Shown here piece by piece: positions 25,650-38,572 of a DNA stretch of 64,000 bases (the first letter of the stretch is position 1; each line of letters begins with the position of its first letter). This stretch comes from Octopus vulgaris. Taxonomy: Eukaryota. The stretch covers positions 6,944,001-7,008,000 of the forward strand of contig OX597814.1 in the NCBI GenBank assembly GCA_951406725.2. The letters run 5' to 3'. The position numbers were made by a program, and so were the translations under genes. Below the pieces are notes generated by a model. It did not search any database. It was not told the DNA's origin and saw only the letters and a list, made by a program, of their open reading frames with translations.

Positions 25650-26290
25650 GCTGCTCAGTGCCTCTCCGAAAGAGAGAGCGAGAGTGATTGCTAATTTCCA
25701 ACCTGTTGTTAATTTGGGGCCTTAGTCTGTCTATGAGGATAGCCTCCTTAATTCTTGAATTTCCTAAATTTCTGTCATTGGCCTCAGCTGTGACTGTTAT
25801 GTTTTTTGTCGGTGTTCTGGCATTTGTCAAGATGTTTTCTGAAGGAGGAAGCTCTCATGTTCAGATGTTCTTTGATGCAAACGTGTAACAGTCTTGTTGT
25901 GCTACACACTTAGGAATTGTTGCATTTGTTACATTGGATCCTATACTCAACATTTACTCGTTGGCATAAATCTGAGTCACGGATGGGGTGGTTAGCTAAT
26001 AAGCATTGATTGCTGTCCATTGCTCGTTTCTTTGCAAGGTGTCCTCTCAGAGAGGGCCCAGAGTGGGCTAGCTGTATGTCTAATCCTTCTCTTCTTATGG
26101 CTCTTTGGATGGCTGTAGTTATCCTTCTTCTAAAATGTGTTGCTGGATTTTCTGTGCATTTGGCGTGTTTGTTATCTCAGGTACTCAGCTGATTTACAAT
26201 GGGCATAGGGTACCCGTTGGTTTTCAACATCCTGCTGCTGATATCTTCATCATATCCTTGGCATGGAAGGCTAAGGGGTTGCTTACACTT
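25650..26290 (-). mobile_element. Decayed Penelope-like element (GIY-YIG endonuclease region)
   Basis: Minus strand LKTNGYP; NVEYRIQCNKC..RLLHVCIKEHL; RIKEAILIDRLRPQINN, in the expected PLE order with stops and frameshifts. Confidence 0.75.
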
Positions 26291-26616
26291 TCCCAATGCC
26301 CCCCCCACCCCACCCAGTCTACAGATTGGAAGGGGTAACTTACCCTCCCTGATGTGAGTGTTGTACCATATCATGTATCAAATGCAGAAACATGTATAAC
26401 AGATGAAATAATGGAATATCTAATTCATGCTACATGTTTTTCTCTCATAATAGATGTGCTCTTCATAACAGGTTATAAACTTGTACTAGTTACATAAAAC
26501 CCTGTTGGATCATGCATCAAAGGGAGAGTAAGGTGAAGTTTTAGAGAGCTGTAACTCCTATCGTAATTTTATCGAGCACTGAGTACAGCTATTCCCACTT
26601 ACACATACATATTACC

Positions 26617-27317
26617 ACCACCATCATCATCATCATCATCATCATCATCATTGTCATCATTTAACATCTGTGTTCCATGCTAACATGAATTGGATGGTAC
26701 CACAAGTGCCGGCCAGGCTGGAGCCTGCATCAGACTTCTGTGACTGTTTTGGCAGGGTTTTTACAGCTGGATGCCCTTCCTTACACCAAACACACTACAG
26801 TGTGGACTGGGTGTTTTTAAGTGGCACCTGCACTGACAGGGTCACCAAGTACCTTGCAAGACAAAATCTTTTAAGAGGGGAGGAGGCATTGGAGGAGGTG
26901 ATGATGAAAAGGTTATAGGGAGACAGATACAGGTGTCTTGCTGTAGAAGAAGTACAAGGTTACCTGGCCGGAGAGAGAAAGATCAGGGATGAAGAAAGAA
27001 ACAGGTGTGCTACCACAAAGAAAATACACGGTTGCTCAAACTGAGGTAAGTGCAGAAGGAAAGAGAGAGAGAGAGAGAGAGTGGGAGATCACAGGGCGGA
27101 AATGGTGGCAAAATGCCAGGCATACTCACAAGGGATAGGGATCAGAATATAAATGAAGTGGTTGAGTAAAGGAAGAGAGAGATACAGATAGTGGCAAGGG
27201 CTAGGACATAGCCTTCAGGTTCAAATGCCATAAGTGAGAGGATATTGCGAAGGGAGTGCGATTAAAGTGTGCGAGTAAGTGGCAAAAGACCTGGGGATGT
27301 ATAGAGTTGAAGGGGCT
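26617..27317 (-). mobile_element. RTE-tail variant B2 with long 3'UTR
   Basis: (CAT)n-TTTAACATCTGTGTTCCATGC..CAGCTGGATGCCCTTCC, then ACAGGTGTCTTGCTGTAG segment complementary to ~60110-60125. Confidence 0.65.
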
Positions 27318-27433
27318 ACATATATATATATATATAATGGGAAGCTTTATGAAAATAAACAAAAGACGAAGGCAGGTGGAGTACAAACAAGCAATTGTAT
27401 TAGTATAGCACTCAGGAATATAAATAAAACAAG

Positions 27434-27471
27434 TCTTTTACGTTTCGAGCCTATGCTCTTCAACAGAAAGA
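27434..27471 (-). ncRNA. Minimal type-I hammerhead-ribozyme-like motif in a putative Penelope pLTR remnant
   Basis: UCUUU CUGUUGAA GAGC-AUAG-GCUC GAAAC GUA AAAGA: stem I, stem II and GUA triplet present; core deviates from CUGANGA. Confidence 0.45.
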
Positions 27472-27535
27472 TACACAGAAAAGAAACAAGGAGAGAAAAA
27501 AATATGCGTGCAGAAGCTAGCGAATCAACATGGTG

Positions 27536-27565
<30 letters not shown>

Positions 27566-27568
<3 letters not shown>

Positions 27569-27730
27569 GCACGTAAAAAGCACCCACTACACTCATGGAG
27601 TGGTTGGCGTTAGGAAGGGCAAACACTACCAGATCAGACTGGAGCCTGGTGCAGCCGCCATGGCTTCCCAGACTCCAATCAAACCGTCCAACCCATGCTA
27701 GCATGGAAAACGTTTGTTAAATGATGATAA
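27566..27730 (+). mobile_element. RTE 3'-tail copy (family B)
   Basis: Shared 3'UTR core. Confidence 0.82.
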
Positions 27731-27779
27731 TTATGATATATATATATATATATATTTCATGTTATGGGTGGATGGAGCA

Positions 27780-28212
<433 letters not shown>

Positions 28213-28622
28213 ATGTATGTCGGCAGGTGGATAGGCAAATAGACTGAGAGACAGACTGGCATACAGACCAACAGACAAACTGATAGAATGTATTGATTAT
28301 GTTTGAGATCTTTGCAAGTAACTGCAAGAAACTATTGTTCATGCCTACGCTGCAATATTACTTGAGATATGTTAATAAAAGACTAGAAAATGGTCTCGTC
28401 CCATCATCGACATTGCACACTGGTTCACTATGGTGATATAATCCAAAGTGACATTTCCAGGTTTTCACCATTCATATTCAAAGTACAAAAAAACCTCCCA
28501 AAAAACGGAGAATCTCAGCACATACATGCTTGTGTGTATATGTGTATATATGTGTGTGCTTGTATATGTGTAAATGCATACATGCACAGGTCTTCCTTTT
28601 TCTCTCTTCAGGTGTGTGAGTG

Positions 28623-28704
<82 letters not shown>

Positions 28705-28800
28705 GCGCCTTTCTAGAATAAAGCTGTAGAACGGAGACAAAAGGTTTGCTAATGGGATATTATTTTCTTTTTCTGACCCCATTTGTTAAAGCTTTTTATG

Positions 28801-29273
28801 GAAGAAGAAGAAAAAGAAGAACATGAAGAAGAAAAAGAAGAACATGAAGAAGAAAAAGAAGAACATGAAGAAAAAGAAAAAGAAGAACATGAAGAAGAAA
28901 AAGAAGAACATGAAGAAGAAAAAGAAGAACATGAAGAAAAAGAAAAAGAAGAACATGAAGAAGAAAAAGAAGATGAAGAAGAAGAAAAAGAAGAACATGA
29001 AGAAGAAGAAAAAGAAGAACATGAAGAAAAAGAAGATGAAGAAGAACATGAAGAAAAAGAAAAAGAACATGAAGAAGAAGAAAAAGAAGAACATGAAGAA
29101 GAAGAAAAAGAAGAACATGAAGAAGAAGAAGAAAAAGAAGAACATGAAGAAAAAGAAAAAGAAGAACATGAAGAAGAAAAAGAAGATGAAGAAGAAGAAG
29201 ATGAAGAAGATGAAGAAAAAGAAGAAGATGAAGAAGAAGATGAAGAAGAAGAAGAAGAGGAGGAGGAGGAGGA
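28801..29273. repeat. (GAA)n-derived minisatellite with GAACATGAA variants
   Basis: Units of about 21-24 bp, GAAGAAAAAGAAGAACAT. Confidence 0.92.
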
Positions 29274-29436
29274 GATTCATGTGTATATAGGCATAGACAA
29301 ATCACTTAGATGCCTGTTATATATAAACTTACACATACAGAAACACATTCATAGAGATAAAAACGGTGAAACATATACACACACACACATACAAACATGA
29401 GTACAGGTCACATGCATGCACTCACTCACTCACTCA

Positions 29437-29475
<39 letters not shown>

Positions 29476-29503
29476 TCAAATACATACAGGTATCATACAT
29501 ACG

Positions 29504-30626
29504 CCAGGTTGAGTCAAAACTTTTTTTTATTTCGAGCTTTAATTAATAGTTTAAAAAATTACATTCAAAAGCATTTACTTATCCAATTAAATCCCATCCC
29601 ATTCTATTCTCTCTGCCAGAAGCTCAGTTCCATGCTTCTAGCATTTGGCTGGTTCAGAGGCAAAACATTCCCTGCACTCATCTTCACCCTCATCCACAAT
29701 GTGGAACCTCCGTCTGTGCAGAAAATGTGTCATGGCTTGGAAACGGTGGTAACCTGATGGTGCAAAGTCTGGATTGTAGGCAGGGGCATGGGATAGCACT
29801 CCCAGCCCCTAAAGTTCCTCAGATTTGCTCTTGACTACACTAGCAGTGTCTTCTGTATCATCATTCTGTTGGAGTGCACGTCTTTGATTGATCAATGTCC
29901 AAGGAACTGGCTTTCAAAGCATCATGAACTCAGTGCGGTTGTTGAGAAGAAGTCTGCAGCATCACTACCTAGAGGAAGCTCAAAGTACAACACCCGAACG
30001 AAACTCCACCAAATACACAACATGGACATCTGCTCAAATGGCCCTTGCTTGACAAGTTCTAAAGCCTAGCCATGAATGAAGCCCCTGATTTCTCTTCTTA
30101 GGATTATGAAAATAGATCCATTTTACAACTCGATCCCAAAAATAGGCCTTTCAAGGATTTGCTACAAGACCAAGCTTATGGAGGTGTTGGTTGGATGAGA
30201 CCTTGTGAAGAACAAAGTACTGCTGACAATGTACAAGTGCTTGAGCTGTTTTTGAACCATTTCAAGCAAGGCCTCATCTTCCGCAACAGAACATCTCTCT
30301 GACCTTGGTTTGTCTTCGAGGCTGGCGTCAGCTTCCTCGAAACATCTGAACCAGTTTCCTATCATACATCCGTTGGCAGTTCCTGAGTTTTCCACCTTAA
30401 TGTCTTTTGCTGCTGCCTTTGCACTCAGTTCGTTTTCCCACTGGTGGCATAAAATGGTTCCAATTGCAATTTGTCCGCCAATCATTATCAAGACTGTAGA
30501 ATAAAGAATGAACAAATGAGCAAACGATCGGACAACGAGTTGCGTGGAATTAATGCCACAAAAATGGAGAGACAAGTTGTTGGACGTCATCAGGGAAAAT
30601 CTAAGAAACCTTTTCACTCAACCTGG
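29504..30626 (-). mobile_element. Near full-length decayed mariner with TIRs
   Basis: TIRs CCAGGTTGAGTCAAAA / TTTTCACTCAACCTGG; HTH in ORF 30162..30617 (NWFRCFEEADASLEDKPRS); YNPDFAPSGYH (YSPDLAPSDYH motif) near 29750-29785. Confidence 0.87.
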
Positions 30627-32129
30627 TTCACGCTTACACAGACCAAAAAACGCATCTTTCACAAGTACACACAAACATTCATACACACACACACACACAC
30701 ACACATACACACACGCACACATACACACACACACACATATACATAGTCTCATCTATACACATAAGCTCACATATATACACAAATGCATACACATATTGTC
30801 ACACACACACACATTCACAGGCACACACACTCACACACACACACACATCTACGTACACACATAGAGACCCCTATATGCACACATACTCACACATTCTCAT
30901 TCATACATTCACATGTACATACTCACACACACATATCTGTGCATACACATGCATATACATACATACACTGCCATGCATACAGGCATTCACACAAAAAGAT
31001 TATCCCCGTTTGCCTCTCAGAAGAAATTCTTCTTGTATTCCTTGGCTATGATGATGATGATGATGACACCAGGTTGAGTGCCCCCCTCCCTTATCACGTT
31101 CTGCACAACACACATCCACTCACCTCTGCTCTCACATTTCTACCATTTCTCCAGCTCTGCAGTTCCCTTGTGCTGGCATTGATGGTAACAACCCCAAAAG
31201 TTTAGAACTTAACAGAAAGAATGGAGTTATTATGGGTGGGGTACAGTCTAATGCTTCTTTTCTGGCAAGAAGTGGTGAGCCTCTGGTGCTGTTCTGGCAG
31301 ACTAATATTGATTTGTTGCCACTGAAAGCAAAGGGAATGCTTCATACATGTCTACACATTGGTAAAAATATATAAATATGACAAAGGCAATGGGAGGTAA
31401 AATAGATTTTCCTTCATATGTATGGCAAATAAATATTTGTACAGTTGTGAATAGAGTACCACAGAGTGCCATATTGTACCATGTCACCCTTTATCATGTC
31501 GATGGGGATTAGGATGGATCTTGCACATTTAGAAGATCAGCAGCCATTTTAAATGTAGAGAGACTAGATATAAGCTGTCCCCATTGCTTATAGGCTACAA
31601 GTATGGAAAGCCAGATGTATGAACCATTGCAGTTTCTACACTACAAGTATGGAAAGCCATACAAAATGTACCAGCATGGCTTAAGCCTTTTATTACCATA
31701 TTTAGTTCAATTAATTTCGAAAATAGTAAAGAATTGTGTGAAATAACTATAACTATTAAGCTAGTGTTTAGAACATAAATTGATATGAAATTTTAATGAA
31801 TGGTTTTAATTTAAATGATTTTAAACAGAAAGATGTGTCCCGTAGGAGCAAGGGAAGTCTGACTTAGATTAGCGTCAAGAGTTCAACTCAGTCTTATTTG
31901 AGAGAATGACATTTTGGTATAATGTAGAGATTCAAAAATAGTTGTGAGGGGAGACATCAAGGTCTGATGGAACACACACTTAACGGCAGACTACTGTTGG
32001 AATATTCAAATAGACTGTGTAGACATGAAACACTCCAGACACTCTCACAAGCGGAAATTTGTTCTGTGAATATGAAGGTAGGTGTATGATGGTTTGCGTT
32101 TTAATCCATCATATTAGAGAATCACCTGT

Positions 32130-32189
<60 letters not shown>

Positions 32190-32199
32190 GTTTAACGAT

Positions 32200-32451
32200 G
32201 TATTTTGTAAAAGGTGATGCTATCTTTTCATTTATATTTTCGTATTCTATGGACATTATTAGCTATGGTTTGAAGCTATAAGACTTAGGAACCTATCCCA
32301 ACCAAGTAAGTTATGGATGTGGTACATCATAAAATGGAGATATTCTATAGAATGAAAACCTGATGTGTTAGAAAGAATTGGATGCCATATTTTGAAATCA
32401 GCATCTCAGAATTAACCAAACCAAAGTCAGTGAAAAGTGTGTTGACCAATG
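32200..32451. mobile_element. Possible Chapaev3-type terminal fragment
   Basis: TTTTGAAATCAGCATCTCAGAATT...GTTGACCAATG|TTA resembles the end of the 54045-56060 element. Confidence 0.35.
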
Positions 32452-32707
32452 TTAAAGATGAGCTCGTTTAGAGGTGAACAGGGACAAAGCAACAACTACA
32501 ACAACAGCAACAGAAATATATACCTTTAGTTATTACATTAGCTGATGGCTTGTGTGCAGAGAGAACAATAGATTTGTGGAGATGCCAAATATTGGCAGAG
32601 AATCAGAGGGATAAATAAAATGCTAAACAGTTCTTGGGGTTTTATTCCTGAATCTTATATTGTTTATCAGAGAGAAAATATGAGGGGATAATAAAAGGGA
32701 AAATGTC

Positions 32708-33633
32708 ACCACCACCATCATTACAACCATCACTGCCACCACCACGACCACCACGACCACCACCATGACCACGACCACCACGACCACCATCACAACCATC
32801 ACTACAACCACCATCACGACCACCACGACCACCACGACCACCATCACAACCATCACCACCACCACCACCACCATCACCACCACCACCACCACCATCACAA
32901 CCATCACCACCACCACCACCACCACCACCACCACCATCACAACCATCACCATCACCACCACCACCACGACCACCACGACCACCACAACCACCATCACAAC
33001 CATCACTACCACCACCACCACCACCACCACCACCACCACCACCACCATCGCAGTTATAACATTCAGTATTCTTCTTTGCTCTGCAATTTACCTGATACAA
33101 TAATGCATTCCATCCTTGCCAAACCAACCTTAACCCCATTATTCACAAATTTTTCTGCACGTACTGTGTTGTCAGTGTTTGGTTAAGTAGCAACGAAGTG
33201 AAATGGTGGTGGTGGTGCTGGTAGTAGTAGTAGTAGTTGTAGTGATGTTGGTGGTGGTGGTGGCAGTGGTAGTGGTGGTGGTGGTGGTGGTGGTGGTGGT
33301 GGTGGTGGTGGTGGTGGTGGTGGTGGTGGTGGTGGTGGTGGTGGTGGTGGTGGTGGTGGTGGTGGTGGTGGTGGTGGTGGTAGTGGTGGTGGTGGTGGTG
33401 GTGGTGGTGGTGGTGGTGGTAGTGGTTGTGATGATGGTAGTGGTGGTGGTGGTGGAGGTGGTGGTGGTGGTGGAGGTGGTGGTGGCGGTGGTGGTGGTTG
33501 TAGTGGTGGTGGTGGTAGTGGTGGTGATGGTGGTGGCGGTGGTGGTGGTGGAGGTGGTGGTGGTGGTAGTGGTTGTGGAGGTGGTGGTGGTGGTGGCGGT
33601 GTTGGTAGTAGTGGTGCTGGTGGTGGTAGTGGT
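32708..33633. repeat. (ACC)n tract (32708-33048) facing a (GGT)n tract (33204-33633)
   Basis: Directly visible; complementary motifs. Confidence 0.95.
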
Positions 33634-33835
33634 GGGGGAATTAACATTCCTTTAAAACCAAAACCACACCAGTCATGATTGTTGGGAGTTGCAGAGATAT
33701 TTCTCCATCAAAATATGAATTGAGCTTTCCATGAATATATTCCAGTCTTCGGAAGATTCCAGAACTAGAACTTATAAATCTTCTCAGCATTCAAATTGGT
33801 TGAGATGTAGAAACATCATAGCCAGAAATATTATA

Positions 33836-33998
33836 GGTGCAGAAGTGGCTGTGTGATAAGTAGCTTGCTAACCAACCACATGGTTCAGGGTTCAGTCCCA
33901 CTGCGTGGCATCTTGGGCAAGTGTCTTCTGCTATAGCCCCGGGCCGGCCAATACCTTGTGAGTGGATTTGGTAGACGGAAACTGAAAGAAGCCTGTCG

Positions 33999-34033
<35 letters not shown>

Positions 34034-34237
34034 CTGTGTTTGTCCCCCTAGCATTGCTTGACAACCGATGCTGGTGTGTTTACGTCCCCGTCACTTAGCG
34101 GTTCGGCAAAAAGAGACCGATAGAATAAGTACTGGGCTTACAAAGAATAAGTCCCGGGGTCGATTTGTTCGACTAAAGGCGGTGCTCCAGCATGGCTGCA
34201 GTCAAATGACTGAAATAAGTAAAAGAGTAAAGAGAGA
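33836..34237 (+). mobile_element. SINE family A, full length
   Basis: Near-identical to the 16624 copy. Confidence 0.93.
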
Positions 34238-34929
34238 CCGACAATTATTGAACAATTTTCAAGTCAACATGAAATCAAAGACATAATTTCCACTCTGTGT
34301 GAGAAATCTTAGTTCCAAAGCCTTTGACAGCAACTGATTTCTGATAACACAAAACACGGACGATATGCAAATGGTTTAAAATACTTGAATGCAATAATTG
34401 TATTACATCGACCTCTTGTCGTTCTGCGTCTGACAAGCTGGAAATGTAAAGCACTTCCCTCTGTTTTTACGCTCCGCTGATTATTATTGTTAGCTATAAA
34501 AACATTTGTCTCTAACGATTCATGCAAATGCTTGAAATGACAAATTCTGTCGATTTGTGTCGGAGAAGGAAACCAAGTTTACAACCAATTAAAAGGATTT
34601 GAAAGAAGAAAATCCATTGGTGGAACCGTTACCATGGTGATCCGGCAGCTGTTGGATCAACATTTGCAAGTTGATCGAGAAATTCTTTTGCGTTATTCTA
34701 AAAGAGAAAAACAGACCTTTAATACAGGGACTTCTCTATGGTTGCTAGATCTGCTAGAAATAGCAGTCAAATCAAACCCTGTCGTCTAGAAATAGCAACT
34801 AAATTTTCCATCAAGTCACAACCTACCTTAGAGAAATGTTAATGAAAATGATGATGATGATGATGATGATGATGACGATGATGATGAGGAGGAGGAGGAG
34901 GAGGAGAAGGAGGAGGAGGATGACATGAC

Positions 34930-35290
34930 TGTGTTGATAAAAGAATGCACTGGAATGTTATTCAAGATTTTGGGTTGAAAGTGACAGAAAAGTGATACAA
35001 GCATGATTCGAAGGTCATGAGAATAAGACTTCTCCTTATGGGGACTGACAATACTATTGGAACAAGAAGATATGCTTATAGGGGACAAGAGAAACAGTGT
35101 AAGTAACTGGTGAACTCAGTTCATTGCCTAAACTGCTCCCTAAGGGGCTGAAGGATTCTGAAGTTGCAATCCTATGTGCTGCTGTAAGGATCTTGAGAAA
35201 GATTTGAGGAGATTTGTCGAAACCAAATGTTAGGATAATATCTCTCTTAACTAAATTAGCATTTAATAGCTTGAGCCAAACCACTATTGA
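34930..35290 (-). mobile_element. Possible very degraded LINE RT-proximal fragment
   Basis: FGFDKSPQIFLKI and IVSPHKEKSYSHDLRIMLVSL loosely echo the GPD..LK and PI.KKG..YRPISL motifs. Confidence 0.3.
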
Positions 35291-35383
35291 GAAATCCTGT
35301 TCTTTTTTCTAAAATAGGAAAGAGAGACACAACCGGGTAGAATGTTTAAGAGAAGATTTTATTTACATGTTAACATGTGTATA

Positions 35384-35578
35384 TCATCATCATCGTCATC
35401 ATCATTTAGCGTCCGCTTTCCATGCTGGCATGGGCTGGACGGTTCAACTGGGGTCTGTGAAGCCAGAAGGCTGCACCAGGCCCAGTCTGACCTGGCAATG
35501 TTTCTACAGCTGGATGCCCTTCCTAACGCCAACAACTCCGTGCGTGTAGTGGGTGCTTTTTACGTGCCACCCGCACAG
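35384..35578 (-). mobile_element. RTE 3'-tail copy (family B)
   Basis: Shared 3'UTR core. Confidence 0.86.
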
Positions 35579-36699
35579 TATATGCGTTATATATACATAA
35601 TAATAGACAGGCCGTCATGTATACATAATCTGTGTGCATTAAGTACAGAGCATTGAAAGAGTCTATAATATGACATTAGAAGGATGTTCAGAAACAAGGA
35701 TGATAAATATCAGTTCGCAGTCAAGGAACACGATAGTTGTAGCAGTAATGCAGAGCTGGTTGAGGTACATGTCATACGTGAAGCTGTGGCTATGATGCAG
35801 AGCCGGTTACTTGTTACAGGAGTTCCCACAGGTTGTACTTGCTGTTAACTATGGTGAACTAATTCACAAACAGTGATGAGACAGAACAAGTGCGAGTGTT
35901 GCTGGTTGTTGATGACATTAAGAAGATGAAGGCGACGAAGAAAGAGACGGCCGTATGCTGTTGGACGAGTGCTACTGTGTCTCCATGTGACTGCTGTTGT
36001 GTTGCCGCTGGAACTGGCTGTGTCCTGTGTGGTCAGTGGCTAGACCTTAAAGGTCTGGAACCGAAAGACGAAAGACGGCGTAAACCTAGCGTTTTATACA
36101 ATGCTATCGGCTTGCCGGGAGCTTGGAAGAGACTGTGTCACGTGACCTTATCAGAAGGCTGCGATTAGTTGGGTTGGATATTGGTGCGCAATAGAGCAAG
36201 AGACAAACTGCACCAATACCAACCAATCAGAGTAGTGGATACAACAGGGTCCAAAAGGGCGGCCGAAGGCTAGCTGTTATCTACTACGTCCGTATTTGTG
36301 GATAAATAACAGAGAGAGAGAAATTTCCCTTAAGCATCTTCACTACACTACTTTTATGTCCGTCTATGCATTAGATATACAGGTTTCACGAAGTGGGGAT
36401 AGATACAACCGTCCTCACACGTCACACTTCAAATTACTCCATTAAACACGATGCTCCAATAAATACAACTCTCAAACGATCTCAATGACTCCCACATACA
36501 CTCAACAATTCCTACGACTTCTCTCCTCTCAACCAATACGCTACTCTTTATAGGAGTTCGGCTAGTCTATTCTTCAAATCCCACAGTCGTATCAATGACT
36601 CTCACCACAACAAATTTTTAGTATAAATCTAATAACACTGCAGAAATTTTAAGAAAATCATCTTTAGCCAACCACAAAAAATACTGTAACTGCATTCAG

Positions 36700-37282
36700 T
36701 CAAATAAAACAGTTCACGAGATGCATTCAGTTGGGATTGCTTTTGATCTTCTGTGAGCAAGGCAGGCACAAATTTTGCTGCAACTCTTTTCAATTACAAT
36801 TTCTTATTCAAAATTCGTTGAACACTATTCATATCAACAAGTTTGTTAATTATTTGGCGATGGTCCTCCAAGATCAGTTCGTGAAGTTTTGTGATGTTTT
36901 CATTCATTTGGGAGGTTGACAGTCGCCCTGAACAAGGTTGCTCTTCAAGCGACAAGTAACCATTCCTAAAGTGTGGAAACCACTCGCAAACTTGTATTTT
37001 GCTTATGGCAGCGTCCTTGTAAGCTGTTTGAAGCATGACAATTGTTTCGGCTGTCGTTTTCTCCAGCCGAAAACAGAATTTCACAGAACCATGCTGTTCC
37101 TTCATTTCAGCCTTTGCAAAAATCGAGGGAAAGGGAAGAAGCATTGCAAAACACCACGTGGTAGTAGGACTACACCCGACGCTGCCAGTCAGCAGACTGA
37201 TGCCTGAGGGTTGAATCTAGTGGCAAAAGCCTGAACTACAATGGCTTGTCCCATAGAGAACGTTTCCGGTTACTTTTGAGTA
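36700..37282 (-). mobile_element. Mariner (irritans-like) 5' fragment
   Basis: ORF 36794..37144 EQHGSVKFCFRLEKTTAET..EWF..GRLSTS; continuation RVAAKFVPALLTEDQK; TIR-like CTCAAAAGTAACCGGAA. Confidence 0.85.
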
Positions 37283-37295
37283 TATATATGTGTGT

Positions 37296-37697
37296 CATCA
37301 TCATCATTTAGCGTCCGTTTTCCATGCTAGCATGGGTTGGACGGTTCAACTGGGGTCTGGGGAGCCCGAAGGCTGCACCAGGCCAGTCAGATCTGGCAGT
37401 GTTTCTACAGCTGGATGCCCTTCCTAACGCCAACCACTCCGAGAGTGTAGTGGGTGATTTTATGTGCCACCGACACAGGTGCCAGACGAGGCTGGCGAAC
37501 GGCCACGCTCGGATGGTGTTTTTATGTGCCACCGACACAGGTGCCAGACGAGGCTGGCAGACGGCCACGCTCGGATGGTGTTTTTATGTGCCACCGACAC
37601 AGGTGCCAGATGAGGCTGGCGGACGGCCACGATCGGATGGTGTTTGTTACGTCCCCAAAGCACGGAGGCCAGTCTATGCGGTACTGGCTACGGCCGT
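37296..37697 (-). mobile_element. RTE 3'-tail copy with three tandem ~62 bp UTR units
   Basis: TTTTATGTGCCACCGACACAGGTGCCAGA.GAGGCTGGC..ACGGCCACG.TCGGATGGTG x3. Confidence 0.88.
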
Positions 37698-38000
37698 GTG
37701 TATATATATATAAAGCACGTCTCTAGGAGAAGGTCACTCTGATACAAAACCAGAGATGCAGGGAATGGCATTGAACATTTTGGGGATCTTTGGTTTGTGC
37801 TAGATATCACAGCGCTCCCACATCCCTGAGCCTGCGACTCATATTAGCACCAGACATCTTGCTCCGGCTTGTCTCTGGATAATGTCAATAGAGTGGAGAG
37901 GGTCTGTGAGGTGTTGTGAAAGCCTTATTGGACCTAAAACTCTGCACAGGCATTGCCGACCTGGTTTTTTTTTTTGTTTTTTTTCTATATATATATTTAG

Positions 38001-38369
38001 ATACATACATACATACATACATGCATACATACATACATACATACATACATACATACATACATACATACATACATGCATACATACATACATACATACATAC
38101 ATACATACATACATACAAACAAACATACATATATACATACATACATACATACATACATACATACATGCATGCATACATACATACATATATACATACACAC
38201 ATGCATGCATACATACATACATACATACATACATACATACATACATACATACATACATACATACATACATGCATGCATACATACATACATATATACATAC
38301 ACACATGCATGCATACATACATACATACATACATACATACATACATACATACATACATACATACATACA

Positions 38370-38405
<36 letters not shown>

Positions 38406-38408
38406 TAT
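38001..38408. repeat. (CATA)n microsatellite
   Basis: Directly visible. Confidence 0.95.
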
Positions 38409-38460
38409 CATTTGGGGATTTAGTTTGCAAGATACTTTATGTGAGTTCATATGTTGAAGC

Positions 38461-38572
38461 ATATCCTATTGTGTTTGGGGAGAGTCATTTTCTTTTTGTG
38501 CCTTATAATTTAACATGAGTGTGTTAAACTATAAAACACAAAAAGAAAATGACTCTCCCCAGACACAATAGG

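Noticed and set aside
28783-29400. 205-aa Glu/Lys/His-rich ORF
   Set aside because: Product of a (GAA)n-derived minisatellite, open in several frames on both strands, with a non-ATG start and no gene context
32623-33655. Poly-Pro, poly-Gly, poly-Thr and poly-Val ORFs
   Set aside because: Stop-free trinucleotide microsatellites; the same applies to the HT, YLSI, CMYV and poly-Ile ORFs elsewhere
37455-37697. CRISPR-like palindromic repeat array
   Set aside because: Inter-repeat segments are homologous rather than unique spacers, there are no cas genes, and the array is part of the RTE 3'UTR
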